DNA of 64,000 bases, from sequence record PP813861.1, one strand, 5' to 3'. This document shows, piece after piece, positions 63,881 to 64,000 of the stretch (its first letter is position 1; every line of letters starts with the position of its first letter). The translations under genes and the position numbers were made by a program. Below the pieces are notes generated by a model. It was not told where the DNA came from. It did no database searches and saw nothing but the letters and a program-made list of their open reading frames with translations.

Positions 63881-64000
63881 TTAATGAATAACTGTTGCAG
63901 AAGGACGACATTTCATAGTTTTAAAAATGTCAGTAGGATAGATATTACCAGCTTGTCCGAAAGGTTTATCGGCTAGAAGAAACTGCGGGCAAACTGTTTG
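63881..64000 (-). CDS. C-terminal part of a gene starting beyond the window
   Basis: Open frame ...QTVCPQFLLADKPFGQAG...ATVIH* to TAA at 63881-63883. Confidence 0.6.
   Translation of the reverse strand, partial: QTVCPQFLLADKPFGQAGNIYPTDIFKTMKCRPSATVIH

Overview
This window is 64 kb of an AT-rich, nucleus-forming jumbo phage closely related to Pseudomonas phage phiKZ (Phikzvirus/Chimalliviridae). The assignment rests on proteins I recognise from memory (PhuZ tubulin, Dip, tail sheath and tube, terminase, DHFR, NrdAB) and on gene order; gp numbers below are inferred from that order, not from a search. The window runs opposite to phiKZ numbering: ~gp41 down to gp1 (1-33.8 kb), then nrdA/nrdB (gp306/305) and the tRNA/accessory region. 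Blocks: (i) phosphatase, PhuZ, Dip and virion genes (0-11 kb); (ii) tail tube, sheath, capsid/baseplate genes and TerL (10-21 kb); (iii) a long minus-strand early region of small genes, including the gp14-like ribosome-binding protein, DHFR and a ChmB candidate (21-34 kb); (iv) nrdAB, a glycine-zipper protein, a gp303-like head protein, six tRNAs, a Kelch protein and an Fn3/Kelch paralog cassette (34-51 kb); (v) a minus-strand accessory block with TYW3-like, HslV-like, BCS1-like AAA+ and two ART-like genes (51-64 kb). The most unusual signal is a set of ORF-free, structured 80-150 nt units lying between a TATGTA(G) promoter-like motif (the same motif that precedes the tRNAs) and an intrinsic terminator. 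Several expose C-rich, anti-Shine-Dalgarno-like loops or pseudoknots, suggesting an unannotated phage small-RNA repertoire. No CRISPR array, intron, intein, integrase or transposase was seen.
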